From positions 1 through 23,238 of the forward strand of contig JBHHYO010000043.1 in the NCBI GenBank assembly GCA_046757665.1: a stretch of 23,238 nt of DNA, given 5' to 3'. Shown here one piece after another: positions 1 to 8,876 of the stretch. The notes under the pieces were generated by a model. That model was not told the origin of the DNA and made no database searches. It saw nothing but the letters and a program-made list of their open reading frames with translations. Position 1 is the first letter of the stretch; every line of letters starts with the position of its first letter. The position numbers and the translations under genes are program-made. This stretch comes from Nitrospinales bacterium (GTDB taxonomy: Bacteria > Nitrospinota > Nitrospinia > Nitrospinales > JAJDAT01).

Positions 1-55
1 TATGGTAATAAAACAGGTTATGGGGTTTTTAAAATCAAACAACCGGACAGCAGTG
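1..55. mobile_element. Putative IS terminus (IS4-family-like terminal inverted repeat) abutting the MBOAT coding sequence
   Basis: 41-55 AACCGGACAGCAGTG (revcomp CACTGCTGTCCGGTT) resembles, from memory, termini of IS4-family elements. The AT-rich 1-40 segment does not encode the conserved GISF(Y/F)TF..SY MBOAT motif expected immediately before 'SLDIY', which starts at 56. Confidence 0.45.
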
Positions 56-1060
56 TCGCTGGATATTTATTTTAAGAAACTGGAGCCGGTGGACGACCCC
101 ATTGCTTTTGCCCTTTACGTGGCGTTTTTCCCGCAGTTGGTTGCGGGGCCGATTGTCCGCGCCAGACAATTTCTACCCCAGCTCCTTCGTCCGACGAATT
201 TTTCCGCCGAGAACTTTTTTCATGGATTGCAGATTTTCCTCTATGGTCTCTTTCTGAAAGTCGTCATTGCCGACAACATCGCTCCCATTGTCGATCCGAT
301 CTTCAAAAACCCGCAATCCTACGACAGCCTGGCGGTGTGGGTTGCGGTGATAGGATATTCCATCCAGATATTCTGCGATTTTTGCGGATACTCGGAAATG
401 GCCATCGGCATCGCGCTCAGCATGGGGTACGAACTGCCCGTCAATTTCCGTACACCTTATCTGGCAACCGACTTGTTTGATTTTTGGCGGCGCTGGCACA
501 TTTCGCTGACTTCCTGGTTGCGGGATTATCTGTACATTCCCCTGGGAGGAAACCGTAAGGGACTGGCCCGCACTTGTATTCATGTTTTTGTGACGATGTT
601 TCTGGGAGGGTTGTGGCACGGGGCCAACGCGACCTTTGTCTTGTGGGGTTTGTATCACGGGCTGGGCCTTATGATCAACCGCGCCATGGCCGTTTTCCTG
701 GAGAAAGGCGTTGCTCCCAACCCGGCGCTGACCTTGTGCAAATGGGCGGCGACTTACCTGTTTGTCTGTCTTGGCTGGGTGCTGTTCCGTGCGCAAAATC
801 TGGAACTGGCGGGGCAGATTTACGGCAAATTGTTTTCCTGGAATCCGGGCTCCTGGGATTGGGCATTTCTTTCTCCCGCGAATCTGTTTTTCCTGCCGTG
901 CATGATCATCATTCACTGGTGGTTTCATGCGACCCGGCGGGACAGCGTCTTTTTCAAGCGGGGGACTTTCGCCGCGCATTTTTATGTTGCCTTGATGACG
1001 CTGGTGATTTTCCTTTTCGCCCCAATGGAGCATACGGGTTTTATTTATTTTCAATTTTAA
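2..1060 (+). CDS. MBOAT family O-acyltransferase (AlgI/DltB-like), 5'-truncated and possibly IS-disrupted
   Basis: Motifs FFPQLVAGPIVR, K.VIADN, QIFCDFCGYSEMA, NF.TPY, FWRRWHISL..WLRDYLYIPLGGNR, GLWHGA (catalytic His) and C-terminal FIYFQF. The N-terminal TM region of the family is missing. Confidence 0.9.
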   Translation: MVIKQVMGFLKSNNRTAVSLDIYFKKLEPVDDPIAFALYVAFFPQLVAGPIVRARQFLPQLLRPTNFSAENFFHGLQIFLYGLFLKVVIADNIAPIVDPIFKNPQSYDSLAVWVAVIGYSIQIFCDFCGYSEMAIGIALSMGYELPVNFRTPYLATDLFDFWRRWHISLTSWLRDYLYIPLGGNRKGLARTCIHVFVTMFLGGLWHGANATFVLWGLYHGLGLMINRAMAVFLEKGVAPNPALTLCKWAATYLFVCLGWVLFRAQNLELAGQIYGKLFSWNPGSWDWAFLSPANLFFLPCMIIIHWWFHATRRDSVFFKRGTFAAHFYVALMTLVIFLFAPMEHTGFIYFQF

Positions 1061-1548
1061 GAGGTTTCCTTGTCCAGGCTTCGTTTCTTAAAATATCCTG
1101 CTTGGCGATGGGGTGGAGAACGAGCAATGCTGTCTTGATAAAACGCTTAATGAAAAAATCCGGGAGACAAGGTTCGAGGTCATTAAAACACCGGCGCTTC
1201 CGGCTGGAGCGCGCTGGTATGCAATGAAACGGGATGTCTGGCCTTCAGGTTTATTCTGAGTCGGGGTAGGAAAGGGGGGCGAGGCGAGAGTGGTTTTACT
1301 TCTTGACACCTCTTGAAAGCCTATGCTTAAATAACCTCAAAATACATCAGTAGTAAATAAACCGCCGTCAGGCAATTTATTCCGAGACCAATATAAACGA
1401 TGGAGTCGAAGATTTTTCCGTCTTTGCTGGCCATGCAGGTTCACTCCCTGGTTGAAAATTCGGTAGACAATAAACAGTAGCATCCGGAATTTTGCGCTGT
1501 CAAGAATAAATTCCCATCAACTTTTCCGTTGGAGCCAAGACCGCCGTT

Positions 1549-1647
1549 ATGAATGATTTAAAAGAAAAAGCCGGACCGTTTATTTATATTGCCACCGTAG
1601 TGTTTGCGTTGTGGTTTTTTTACTGGTTTGCCTCCGTTTGGCGTTAA
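1549..1647 (+). CDS. Small 32-aa single-pass membrane protein (MNDLKEKAGPFIYIATVVFALWFFYWFASVWR)
   Basis: Manually translated ATG..TAA. Charged N-terminus followed by one aromatic-rich hydrophobic helix. Below the ORF-track cut-off. Confidence 0.55.
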   Translation: MNDLKEKAGPFIYIATVVFALWFFYWFASVWR

Positions 1648-1702
1648 GAGCCGTCTGGACATGCGGAAAAGCATCAATAACCTATTTTGACCGGGAAACG
1701 AC

Positions 1703-1882
1703 ATGGAAGAGCAAGTTCAAGAAAAAAAGAAATTCATTACGCCCAAGTCGGTTATTCATTTTATCATCGCCTTGATTGCCATGACGGCGTATTTTGTGTT
1801 TATCGACTGGGGCCTGATGAAAGTGCAGGGCCTGGATTTCTATTACCTGTGGAACGTGGGCGGAGACGCGGCCGGGCACTAG
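1703..1882 (+). CDS. Small 59-aa single-pass membrane protein (MEEQVQEKKKFITPKSVIHFIIALIAMTAYFVFIDWGLMKVQGLDFYYLWNVGGDAAGH)
   Basis: Manually translated ATG..TAG with GGGA upstream. Lys-rich N-terminus then a TM helix (positive-inside pattern). Followed by a GC hairpin and T-run near 1920-1950. Confidence 0.65.
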   Translation: MEEQVQEKKKFITPKSVIHFIIALIAMTAYFVFIDWGLMKVQGLDFYYLWNVGGDAAGH

Positions 1883-1919
1883 CTTTTAGCGTGCTCCGGA
1901 TGTTTTGACAGACCCAGGC

Positions 1920-1950
1920 AGGCCGTTTATCCGTCGCGCCGGCTTTTTTT
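1920..1950 (+). terminator. Possible Rho-independent terminator after the small membrane-protein pair
   Basis: AGGCCG...CGGCTT imperfect stem followed by a T-run. Confidence 0.35.
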
Positions 1951-2111
1951 GCGGTTTGCCGACCCGCGGGGATGCCTTTCTTCCAGGGAAAGCTTTCTTT
2001 TCCCCGCGCCTTTCCGTGCGCCCGGTGTGCTACCGGATGCCGCAACCCGGATTTCCCGGGCGCTCTCTTTAACCCTCGCTTGAAGACCGCTTCTCTCCGA
2101 GCCGGCCTATT

Positions 2112-2915
2112 ATGGAAAAACCCCTGCCCGCCGCGGATGATTTCCTGATTGAAATACGCAACGCCGATGTCTTTCTCAAAGGAACCCAAGTGTTGTCCGG
2201 CGTCAACTGGACGATGCGTTCCAACGAGAACTGGGCGCTGGTGGGCAACAACGGCTCCGGCAAAACCACGTTCCTGCGACTTCTGTTCGGCGAACTGATC
2301 CCGGCTTTCGGCGGCGCCGTTCACTGGTTTGGGTACCGCGGGTTTGCAAACCTCTGGCAGGCCCGAGCCCGCATCGGCTTTGTTTCGGCGGAGTACCAGG
2401 CCGGCTACGACAAAAATATCACCGGCGTGGAGGTGGTGCAATCCGGCCTCTTTTCCAGTATCGGGCTGTACGAAAAACCAAGCCCCGCGCAACAGCAAGC
2501 GGCGTTGCGGGAAATGGACTCCCTGGGCATTGCCCATTTGGCGGACAAAAGGTTTCACGCCATGTCCTATGGCGAAGCGCGGCGGACCCTGCTGGCCCGG
2601 GCGCTGGTCAACCGGCCCGATGCGCTGGTCCTGGATGAGCCTTGCGCCGGACTGGACATCCCCACCCGGGAACTTTTTCTTGAAACCCTCGAGGATTTGT
2701 CGCGCACAAAGGCCCGGTTGATTTACGTGACTCACCACATCGAGGAAATCATCCCCGCCATCACCCACGTGTTGTATCTCAAAGACGGGAAGGTCGCCCA
2801 TCAAGGCAAAAAGGCGGACATGCTGAAAAGCGAAACCCTGTCCGAAATCCTGGACTGCTGTGTTGGCCTGACAAAGAAGGACGGGCGTTTTTGGATAACC
2901 GGTCGAAAACGCTAA
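2112..2915 (+). CDS. ABC transporter ATP-binding protein (ModF-like, single NBD)
   Basis: Walker A GNNGSGKTT, signature MSYGE, Walker B LVLDEP, H-loop YVTHH. No cognate permease adjacent. Confidence 0.9.
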   Translation: MEKPLPAADDFLIEIRNADVFLKGTQVLSGVNWTMRSNENWALVGNNGSGKTTFLRLLFGELIPAFGGAVHWFGYRGFANLWQARARIGFVSAEYQAGYDKNITGVEVVQSGLFSSIGLYEKPSPAQQQAALREMDSLGIAHLADKRFHAMSYGEARRTLLARALVNRPDALVLDEPCAGLDIPTRELFLETLEDLSRTKARLIYVTHHIEEIIPAITHVLYLKDGKVAHQGKKADMLKSETLSEILDCCVGLTKKDGRFWITGRKR

Positions 2916-3303
2916 AATCCCCGTTCACTATCTATAAGGAAACCCGATGATGGTCCAGCCTTGCTTACTCACCATCTTTTTGCAAGGGTGAGAACCGGCG
3001 CGCCGGGCGGCGGGCGCGGCAGGAAAATTTCCAAATACCTAACATTTTCAGGGAATTTGCCGATCAATAAGGTCTCCGACAAAAATTATTTTCGCTCAAC
3101 GGGCGAATTGTCGGGACGGGCGCAAGGCAAAAAAACAAGGCATGGAACCTTTGTGGCGGATTTTATTTAATTTATTGCAAATAAAGGGTTTTTGTGTTTT
3201 TTTTTGAGCTTTTCCTGAGACGATCGTTTCCCGGATTGTCTGCTCTAACTCATTGGGGAAAAATGGATTATTCATTATATTTCGCAAAAAAACAGGTTTT
3301 GAC

Positions 3304-3331
3304 TTGACAATGACCTTTTTTCATCTAAAAT
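3304..3331 (+). promoter_or_regulatory. Sigma70-type promoter for the exported-protein pair
   Basis: TTGACA (3304-3309), 16-nt spacer, TAAAAT (3326-3331), about 140 bp upstream of ATG 3473 in AT-rich DNA. Confidence 0.65.
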
Positions 3332-3472
3332 AGCTCAGATTTGTTTTATTAAAAATCGTTAATTTTCTTTAACCAAGGAGGTGCACCGGAAGAGAAGCGG
3401 ACCCGTGGTCCAAAGATCCTGATTATTAGATATAATTTCTACTCGAGATATAATTCGAAAACATAGGAGATC

Positions 3473-4090
3473 ATGAGGATGAAAAATAAGCTGAGCATGC
3501 GATTTTTGATTTCAGTCGCGGGCATTGTTGCGCTGGCATTTAGCGCCGTCAATGCTTTCGCGGTTTCATCGGTTACAAATAAAAGTTCAGTCGTTTCCCC
3601 TTTCTGGCAGAGTGATGGTAGCGTTTATACGTTTATCGCCGTTTCCCATTCTTCCCTGACGGGGATGAACTCCGAGGTTGGTGTAAAATTGAGCGCTTTT
3701 GATGAAGACGGTACCAGCTTCAGTTCCACTTCGTTCACCGTCACTGAAAACACGACCACCAAGGTGTTTCTGGTATCGACCAACCATTCGACGATCAACT
3801 CCCTGACTGTCACGACAAACAGTAGCACCATCCTCCTTTCCGGCACCACCAATTTGGTGTCGGGTCATGTGACCGTTACTTCGGTGGCCAGCAAGCCCTT
3901 TAATTTGGCCGCAGTTCCTGGTACGGCCGCCTCAGGTCAGGCGCGTGACGCTACCATGCTGACTTATTGGGGATCGGTTGTTGTTCCGGGGAACAACACC
4001 GGGTTTGCGATGGAGTTCATCGGCGATACCCATGATTCGGCCTCTGCCATTAGCACTGTCGGTGATGTCATTCCGGTTGGTGTTAATTAA
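3473..4090 (+). CDS. Exported Ser/Thr-rich beta-strand protein of unknown function (paralog 1)
   Basis: AGGAG RBS. Sec signal peptide ending A-F-A. Shares SP(F/Y)xQxD, WG.VV and GFAMEFIGD.HDS with the next ORF. Confidence 0.85.
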   Translation: MRMKNKLSMRFLISVAGIVALAFSAVNAFAVSSVTNKSSVVSPFWQSDGSVYTFIAVSHSSLTGMNSEVGVKLSAFDEDGTSFSSTSFTVTENTTTKVFLVSTNHSTINSLTVTTNSSTILLSGTTNLVSGHVTVTSVASKPFNLAAVPGTAASGQARDATMLTYWGSVVVPGNNTGFAMEFIGDTHDSASAISTVGDVIPVGVN

Positions 4091-4161
4091 CATTAGCGAA
4101 CCAATCAACTATGACTACGAAAAAAATGCCAATTTACAGAATACAACAAGGAGAACGGCTG

Positions 4162-4785
4162 ATGAAAAAAACACGTATCATTGTGATGACGATTTTGCTG
4201 GCATTTCCGGTGGTCCTTTCCGCCCAGAATGCCATGGCTGCCAATAAAGCCAGAACCGCGCTGTCGCCTTATTTCCAGACCGACGCCGGTTCCACTTATT
4301 CCTTTGTAGGTATCGCCCACCCGTCCTTGACCAGCGCCGCGACTGAGATCGGCTTGAAGATAGAGACGATAGGGCAGGCTGGCACCGCGGGAAGCACGGA
4401 GTTCACCATCGGCGCCGGCGAAACTTACCGGGTGTTCATCGTATCCACGAATCACCCCACGGTAAATAGTAGCACCATTACCGGAAGCAAGGTATTGTTT
4501 CTCGGTTTGACCAACGGTTCGTCAACCGGCGGTAGCTTGTTGTTTACTTCCAAAGCAACCAACCCAACTGTGAAGCAACAAACTTCGAATGGGGCTTTTG
4601 CTGCCGGCTTCTCAGGTTTGAACCAGTTGGCGATTTGGGGCGCCGTTGTTCTTCCCGACACCTCTTCCGGCTTCGCCATGGAGTTTATCGGCGATGCTCA
4701 TGATTCCGCGGCATTAGCGGCAAAGGTTGCGGGTGATGTGGCGGCTCAGAAGCAAGATATAACTCGGGGCCGTGGTATCAACTAG
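4162..4785 (+). CDS. Exported Ser/Thr-rich protein of unknown function (paralog 2)
   Basis: AGGAG RBS at 4149-4153 favours ATG 4162 (MKKTRII...) over 4111. Signal peptide ending A-M-A. Same conserved motifs as 3473..4090. Confidence 0.85.
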   Translation: MKKTRIIVMTILLAFPVVLSAQNAMAANKARTALSPYFQTDAGSTYSFVGIAHPSLTSAATEIGLKIETIGQAGTAGSTEFTIGAGETYRVFIVSTNHPTVNSSTITGSKVLFLGLTNGSSTGGSLLFTSKATNPTVKQQTSNGAFAAGFSGLNQLAIWGAVVLPDTSSGFAMEFIGDAHDSAALAAKVAGDVAAQKQDITRGRGIN

Positions 4786-4802
4786 TTTTGCTTAACCGAA
4801 TG

Positions 4803-4835
4803 GGGCCGGCCACGTTGGCCGGCCCTATTTTTTTT
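4803..4835 (+). terminator. Rho-independent terminator
   Basis: GGGCCGGCCA-cgt-TGGCCGGCCC perfect 10-bp stem followed by a T-run. Confidence 0.85.
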
Positions 4836-4843
4836 GAAAAATT

Positions 4844-5695
4844 ATGACTCGCAAATTTATCCCTCTGCTTTTCCTTGGTCTGCTGTTCCTGGCTTCCTGT
4901 GCCGACGACAAAGTTGAAATCGACCCCGCCGAATCCGACTCGCATTACCGCCTGGGAATCGAGTTTGCCCAATATTCCCTGTTCCAGAACGCCATTGATG
5001 AGTTTGACCTGGCCGTGAAATATGACCCCAATAATTTCAAGGCCTATAACAAAAAGGGCCTGGTCTATTTTGGGCTCAGGGAATACGATCAAGCGGAAAA
5101 AATGTTCAAGGAAGTCATTGCGCGGCAACCCGGCTATACGCAAGCCTATGTGAATCTGGGCATGGCTTATTACATGAAAGGCAACTCCGACCAGGCGATA
5201 AAAACTTGGGAACAGGCTGTCGGTATCAGCGAAAACGACAATGACGGCAAGGCCTATAATAATATCGCCAACGTGTACAAGAAGGATAATAAACTCGACC
5301 GGGCCATCGAGTTTTACAAAAAAGCGTTAAGTGGGGATCCCGACAATTCGCTTTATTTAGGCAACCTTGCCGAGGTTTATCGCCTGAAGGGCGACCTCGC
5401 CAAGGCGCAGGAGACCCTCCAGCGCTCGCTGAAAACAAATGCAAAGGGAATGCTGACCCACTTCAACCTGGGCATGGTTTACAAGGCCCAGAAAAAAATC
5501 GACAAGTCTATCGAAGCCTTCAACCAGTCCCTGGCCGTAAACCCGACGTTCCTGGATGCTTACTATCAAATCGCCGAAATACGGCTCGGTGAAAATAAAA
5601 AGGACGCCGCCAGGCAAGCCATCGAAAAAGCCTTGTCACAGGACCCGAACAATTCCAAATACAAGGAGTTGCTGGAACGCATCCAAAAATCCTGA
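4844..5695 (+). CDS. Tetratricopeptide-repeat lipoprotein (possibly pilotin-like)
   Basis: Lipobox LASC. Multiple TPR units (AYNKKGLVY, AYVNLGMAY, AYNNIANVY, HFNLGMVY, AYYQIAEI). Confidence 0.88.
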   Translation: MTRKFIPLLFLGLLFLASCADDKVEIDPAESDSHYRLGIEFAQYSLFQNAIDEFDLAVKYDPNNFKAYNKKGLVYFGLREYDQAEKMFKEVIARQPGYTQAYVNLGMAYYMKGNSDQAIKTWEQAVGISENDNDGKAYNNIANVYKKDNKLDRAIEFYKKALSGDPDNSLYLGNLAEVYRLKGDLAKAQETLQRSLKTNAKGMLTHFNLGMVYKAQKKIDKSIEAFNQSLAVNPTFLDAYYQIAEIRLGENKKDAARQAIEKALSQDPNNSKYKELLERIQKS

Positions 5696-5857
5696 CGATT
5701 TCCCGAAAATGGATGTTGCCGCCACCGGCGGTAACACAGACCTTTTGGGAGCGGAAGGGGCGGGGATATTTTTTTTGAGACAGAGCAATTTGCTCATACC
5801 AATTTTGAAATTTATGATATTATAGGTCATGTTTTAACTTTGAGGGGGAGTTAGCTT

Positions 5858-6058
5858 ATGCCTGTTGGAACAGTAAAATGGTTTAATGACAGTAAGGGTT
5901 ATGGTTTTATCGAATCTGAGGAAGGGGAGGATGTTTTCGTTCATTTTTCCGCAATTCAAGGGGAAGGTTATAAATCGCTGAAAGAAGGTCAGGCGGTGGA
6001 ATTTGATAGGAGCATGGGTGAGAAAGGCCCTCAAGCAACCAACGTTGTCCCCAAATAG
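5858..6058 (+). CDS. csp: Cold-shock protein (CspA family)
   Basis: GTVKWFN, RNP1 KGYGFI, RNP2 VFVHFS. 66 aa. GGGGGAG RBS. Confidence 0.97.
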   Translation: MPVGTVKWFNDSKGYGFIESEEGEDVFVHFSAIQGEGYKSLKEGQAVEFDRSMGEKGPQATNVVPK

Positions 6059-6077
6059 AAAACTGCTCCAATTTTCG

Positions 6078-6109
6078 CCGGCAGAGTGTATGCTCTGCCG
6101 GTTTTTTTT
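6078..6109 (+). terminator. Rho-independent terminator after csp
   Basis: CCGGCAGAG...CTCTGCCGG stem followed by T8. Confidence 0.85.
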
Positions 6110-6126
6110 GCCCGATTAGAGGTGGC

Positions 6127-6762
6127 ATGACGATGGATAGAGTGTCCCTGCCAAACCTGTGCCATGCCGTCGTCCTTTTTGTTTTCATTTCCCTGCTTCC
6201 GCCGGTACCGACGGCTTTCGCCGACCCCGGGCCTCAGGAGAAGCTGAAACTTCTCAAAACCCAGCTCATCCGGAATATCAAGGCGAAGAACCATACCGAA
6301 GTTCTCCGATTGGTGGGGGAAATCCGCAAGCTGGGCATCCCCCTGGCGGATACGGTGCCTTTTATCGAGGGTCGAGCCTTGCTCTTTTCCGGCAAGCCGG
6401 GGAAAGCCAGAGTTCTGTTGGAAACTTACATTCACCGCGCCGGGGTCAAGGGAAAATTTTACAAACAGGCGCGCCGGCTGTTGAAACGGGCAAAAACGCG
6501 GCAACGGAAATTGCGCGAAACCGCGGTTGGGAAGATGACCGAGGAGGAAAAAAAACGATTTGCCGAACAAACGGCCAAAAACAAAGCGGGCATTGCACGG
6601 TGCGACAAACAATACCGGGTGTGCGCCAGAGTGTCGCAACGCGAGTATAAAGTCGAACTGGACGCCCAGTTGTCCACCGAAACGAAAGTTAAAACCGCCG
6701 GAGAACGCATTCTGGAATGCCGGGCGGTCAGGGACCGGTGTTACGAACCTTTTGAGGACTGA
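6127..6762 (+). CDS. Hypothetical exported helical protein with two C-terminal Cx6C motifs
   Basis: GAGG RBS. Signal-peptide-like N-terminus (..PTAFA). One TPR-like hairpin. CDKQYRVC and CRAVRDRC. Confidence 0.7.
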   Translation: MTMDRVSLPNLCHAVVLFVFISLLPPVPTAFADPGPQEKLKLLKTQLIRNIKAKNHTEVLRLVGEIRKLGIPLADTVPFIEGRALLFSGKPGKARVLLETYIHRAGVKGKFYKQARRLLKRAKTRQRKLRETAVGKMTEEEKKRFAEQTAKNKAGIARCDKQYRVCARVSQREYKVELDAQLSTETKVKTAGERILECRAVRDRCYEPFED

Positions 6763-6848
6763 CCGGCGCCCGTCCACCGTCTTGCTGATGCAACCCGCGA
6801 AGACCCGCCCGGGCGGCGCAATCCGGCCCGCGCCCGCCGCCGCGCCGC

Positions 6849-7652
6849 ATGAAAAACCGTGAAAACATAGCGCCTCGCAAAGGGATTCCTATTCTCTGTT
6901 ACCATAATGTGTCCGACATCAGGCACAAGGCGCTCGCATTGTACATCCTGCCGGTAAAGCGGTTTGCACGCCAGATGCGGTGGCTCAAGAGCAGGGGGTA
7001 TCAGCCGATTTCCCTGGACACGTTATATGATTATCTGGCTCGTGGAGGCCCGATTCCGGCCAAGCCGGTGGTCATCACCTTTGACGATGGATATCGCGAG
7101 TTGAAGGATACGGCCACGCCGCTCCTGGCCGACATGGGTTTTTGCCACACCCACTTTCTAAATCCCGGCAAGCTGGGCGGCGCAACCGACTGGATTGCCG
7201 CGGCGCCGGACCTGCCTATCCTGGGCGGTGAAGAAGTCCGGGCTCTTCTTGCCGCCTATGGGAAATGGGTGGATTTCCAGGCGCACGGAAAAACCCATCT
7301 GTCCCTGAAGCATCAGGACCCGGAAACAATTCGCGCGGAAATTGGCGATAGCATTGCCGATATCGAATCCTTATTACAACGCCCCGTGACTTATTTTGCC
7401 TATCCTTACGGCGACCATGACGAGACCGCTGTCCGCACTGCCGCGGGCATGGCCCTGCGATGCGCGTTTACGGTGGAGCAGGGATTGTGCCGTCCGGGAC
7501 AAAACCTTTTTCGCTTGCCCCGCGTGGAAATCCTCGGCAACGATTTCTTCCTGGATTTCATTTGCAAGGTGCGGTTTGGATGGAGCCCCATCGCCCGTCT
7601 GCGAACGATTCTCAAGCGGATATACAAAAAAATAATGCGGCGATTTGCTTGA
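6849..7652 (+). CDS. Polysaccharide deacetylase (CE4/NodB domain)
   Basis: PILCYH, ITFDDG, H-x3-H (HGKTH), FAYPYG and LPRV motifs. Confidence 0.92.
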   Translation: MKNRENIAPRKGIPILCYHNVSDIRHKALALYILPVKRFARQMRWLKSRGYQPISLDTLYDYLARGGPIPAKPVVITFDDGYRELKDTATPLLADMGFCHTHFLNPGKLGGATDWIAAAPDLPILGGEEVRALLAAYGKWVDFQAHGKTHLSLKHQDPETIRAEIGDSIADIESLLQRPVTYFAYPYGDHDETAVRTAAGMALRCAFTVEQGLCRPGQNLFRLPRVEILGNDFFLDFICKVRFGWSPIARLRTILKRIYKKIMRRFA

Positions 7653-7970
7653 CCTGCGTTCATCGCTCCACGAATTGCAACGCGAAATCCTCACGCCGAA
7701 CCGATGACTCGTCTCTTCAAAATTGAAGCTTCACCAACCCGTCGGGAAGATTGGTGGACCCTCCAGGTGTTTTTTGTCATTGCAGGCAAAAAAACTTTGA
7801 TTTCAAAGGTTCTGTTTTTAGCTGTTTTAATCTCAAAGTAATTCTGTTCTATTGCCTTTTCAGGGCGACTTGTCTAAAATATCATCAAAGAAACAATGAG
7901 TTTTTTGTAGTAGGAGTATTAATGAAAATGGCCTAACATATTGTTTTAGGAACTTTTCTCATGGTTGGTT

Positions 7971-8438
7971 ATGCGATCCAAACCGATTTGTTTTCGAAGG
8001 CGGGAAAACGGGTTCTCCCTGATGGAAATCCTGATGGTGATTGTCATCAGCGGCCTGGTGCTGGCCGGTGCGGTCCCCATGATTTCGGCGTGGGTGGAAA
8101 ACAATCGTTTGACTGGCGCGGCGCGCAAAATTGTCAATGACCTGCATTTCTGCCGGCAGAAGGCTATTTCGAAAAACCTCTATTACATGCTTGATTTTAA
8201 TACGAACATTCCCATTACTTACGATGTCAAGTATGGATCGGTTTTGGGCACTTACACGACGGATCAAACCGTCTCGCTTCCGGAGAGTTCAAGCTTCGCT
8301 TCCATCAGCGCAACTGGGGACCCCGTTTTCAATTATCGGGGCATGGCCGTGGCCGCCGTTACCATAACCCTGACAAATGCCAACAATCGGGTCAAAACAA
8401 TTACCGTATCGCCGGGCGGAAAAATTTCGCTCAATTGA
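7971..8438 (+). CDS. Type IV minor pilin, FimT/FimU/GspH-like
   Basis: Prepilin cleavage site G|FSLME with Glu+5 and a hydrophobic helix. C-terminal F...G....I.L......K.I.VS..G.I pattern of GspH/FimT. Confidence 0.85.
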   Translation: MRSKPICFRRRENGFSLMEILMVIVISGLVLAGAVPMISAWVENNRLTGAARKIVNDLHFCRQKAISKNLYYMLDFNTNIPITYDVKYGSVLGTYTTDQTVSLPESSSFASISATGDPVFNYRGMAVAAVTITLTNANNRVKTITVSPGGKISLN

Positions 8439-8484
8439 GGGAGGAAACGATTTTTGCTTTCGCCGGGAACCACAGAACTGGAGC

Positions 8485-8850
8485 GTGGCCGATGCAAGGG
8501 GCTTGACTCTTCTCGAAGTCCTGATCACCATCACCATTCTTTCCATCGGGTTTTTGGGAACAGCGTCGCTGGTAACTACGTTCGTCCAGAAGAATGCGCA
8601 GGTCAAGCGGATCACGGCGGCGACAACCTTGATTCAAGACAAGATCGAGGCCTTCAAAAGTGCCACGTTCTCCAGTATCACCAACGGCAGTGAAACCAAT
8701 ATCGACTCGAGGGGCCAAGCCGGGGGGCCTTACAGCCGGAGCTGGGTTGTGACGACTTCAGGTCTTGTTAAAACCATTACGGTGACGGTGACGTGGTCCA
8801 TCGGCGCATCGAACAAAAGCAGATCAATGACAACGGCCATCAGCCAATAA
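8485..8850 (+). CDS. pilV: Type IV minor pilin, PilV-like (start uncertain; ORF is open from 8377)
   Basis: G|LTLLEVLITITILSIGFLG prepilin motif, AATTL.QDKIE, C-terminal ITVTVTW strand. GTG at 8485 chosen as the likely start. Confidence 0.8.
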   Translation: MADARGLTLLEVLITITILSIGFLGTASLVTTFVQKNAQVKRITAATTLIQDKIEAFKSATFSSITNGSETNIDSRGQAGGPYSRSWVVTTSGLVKTITVTVTWSIGASNKSRSMTTAISQ

Positions 8851-8876
8851 TTGCCTTGCCGGCTAACTGTTGCAAT

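Noticed and set aside
2916-3472. Riboswitch (e.g. c-di-GMP) or sRNA in the long intergenic region, including the AAGGAGGTG element near 3376
   Set aside because: No recognisable aptamer consensus or convincing conserved structure by eye. An Rfam/Infernal scan would be needed.
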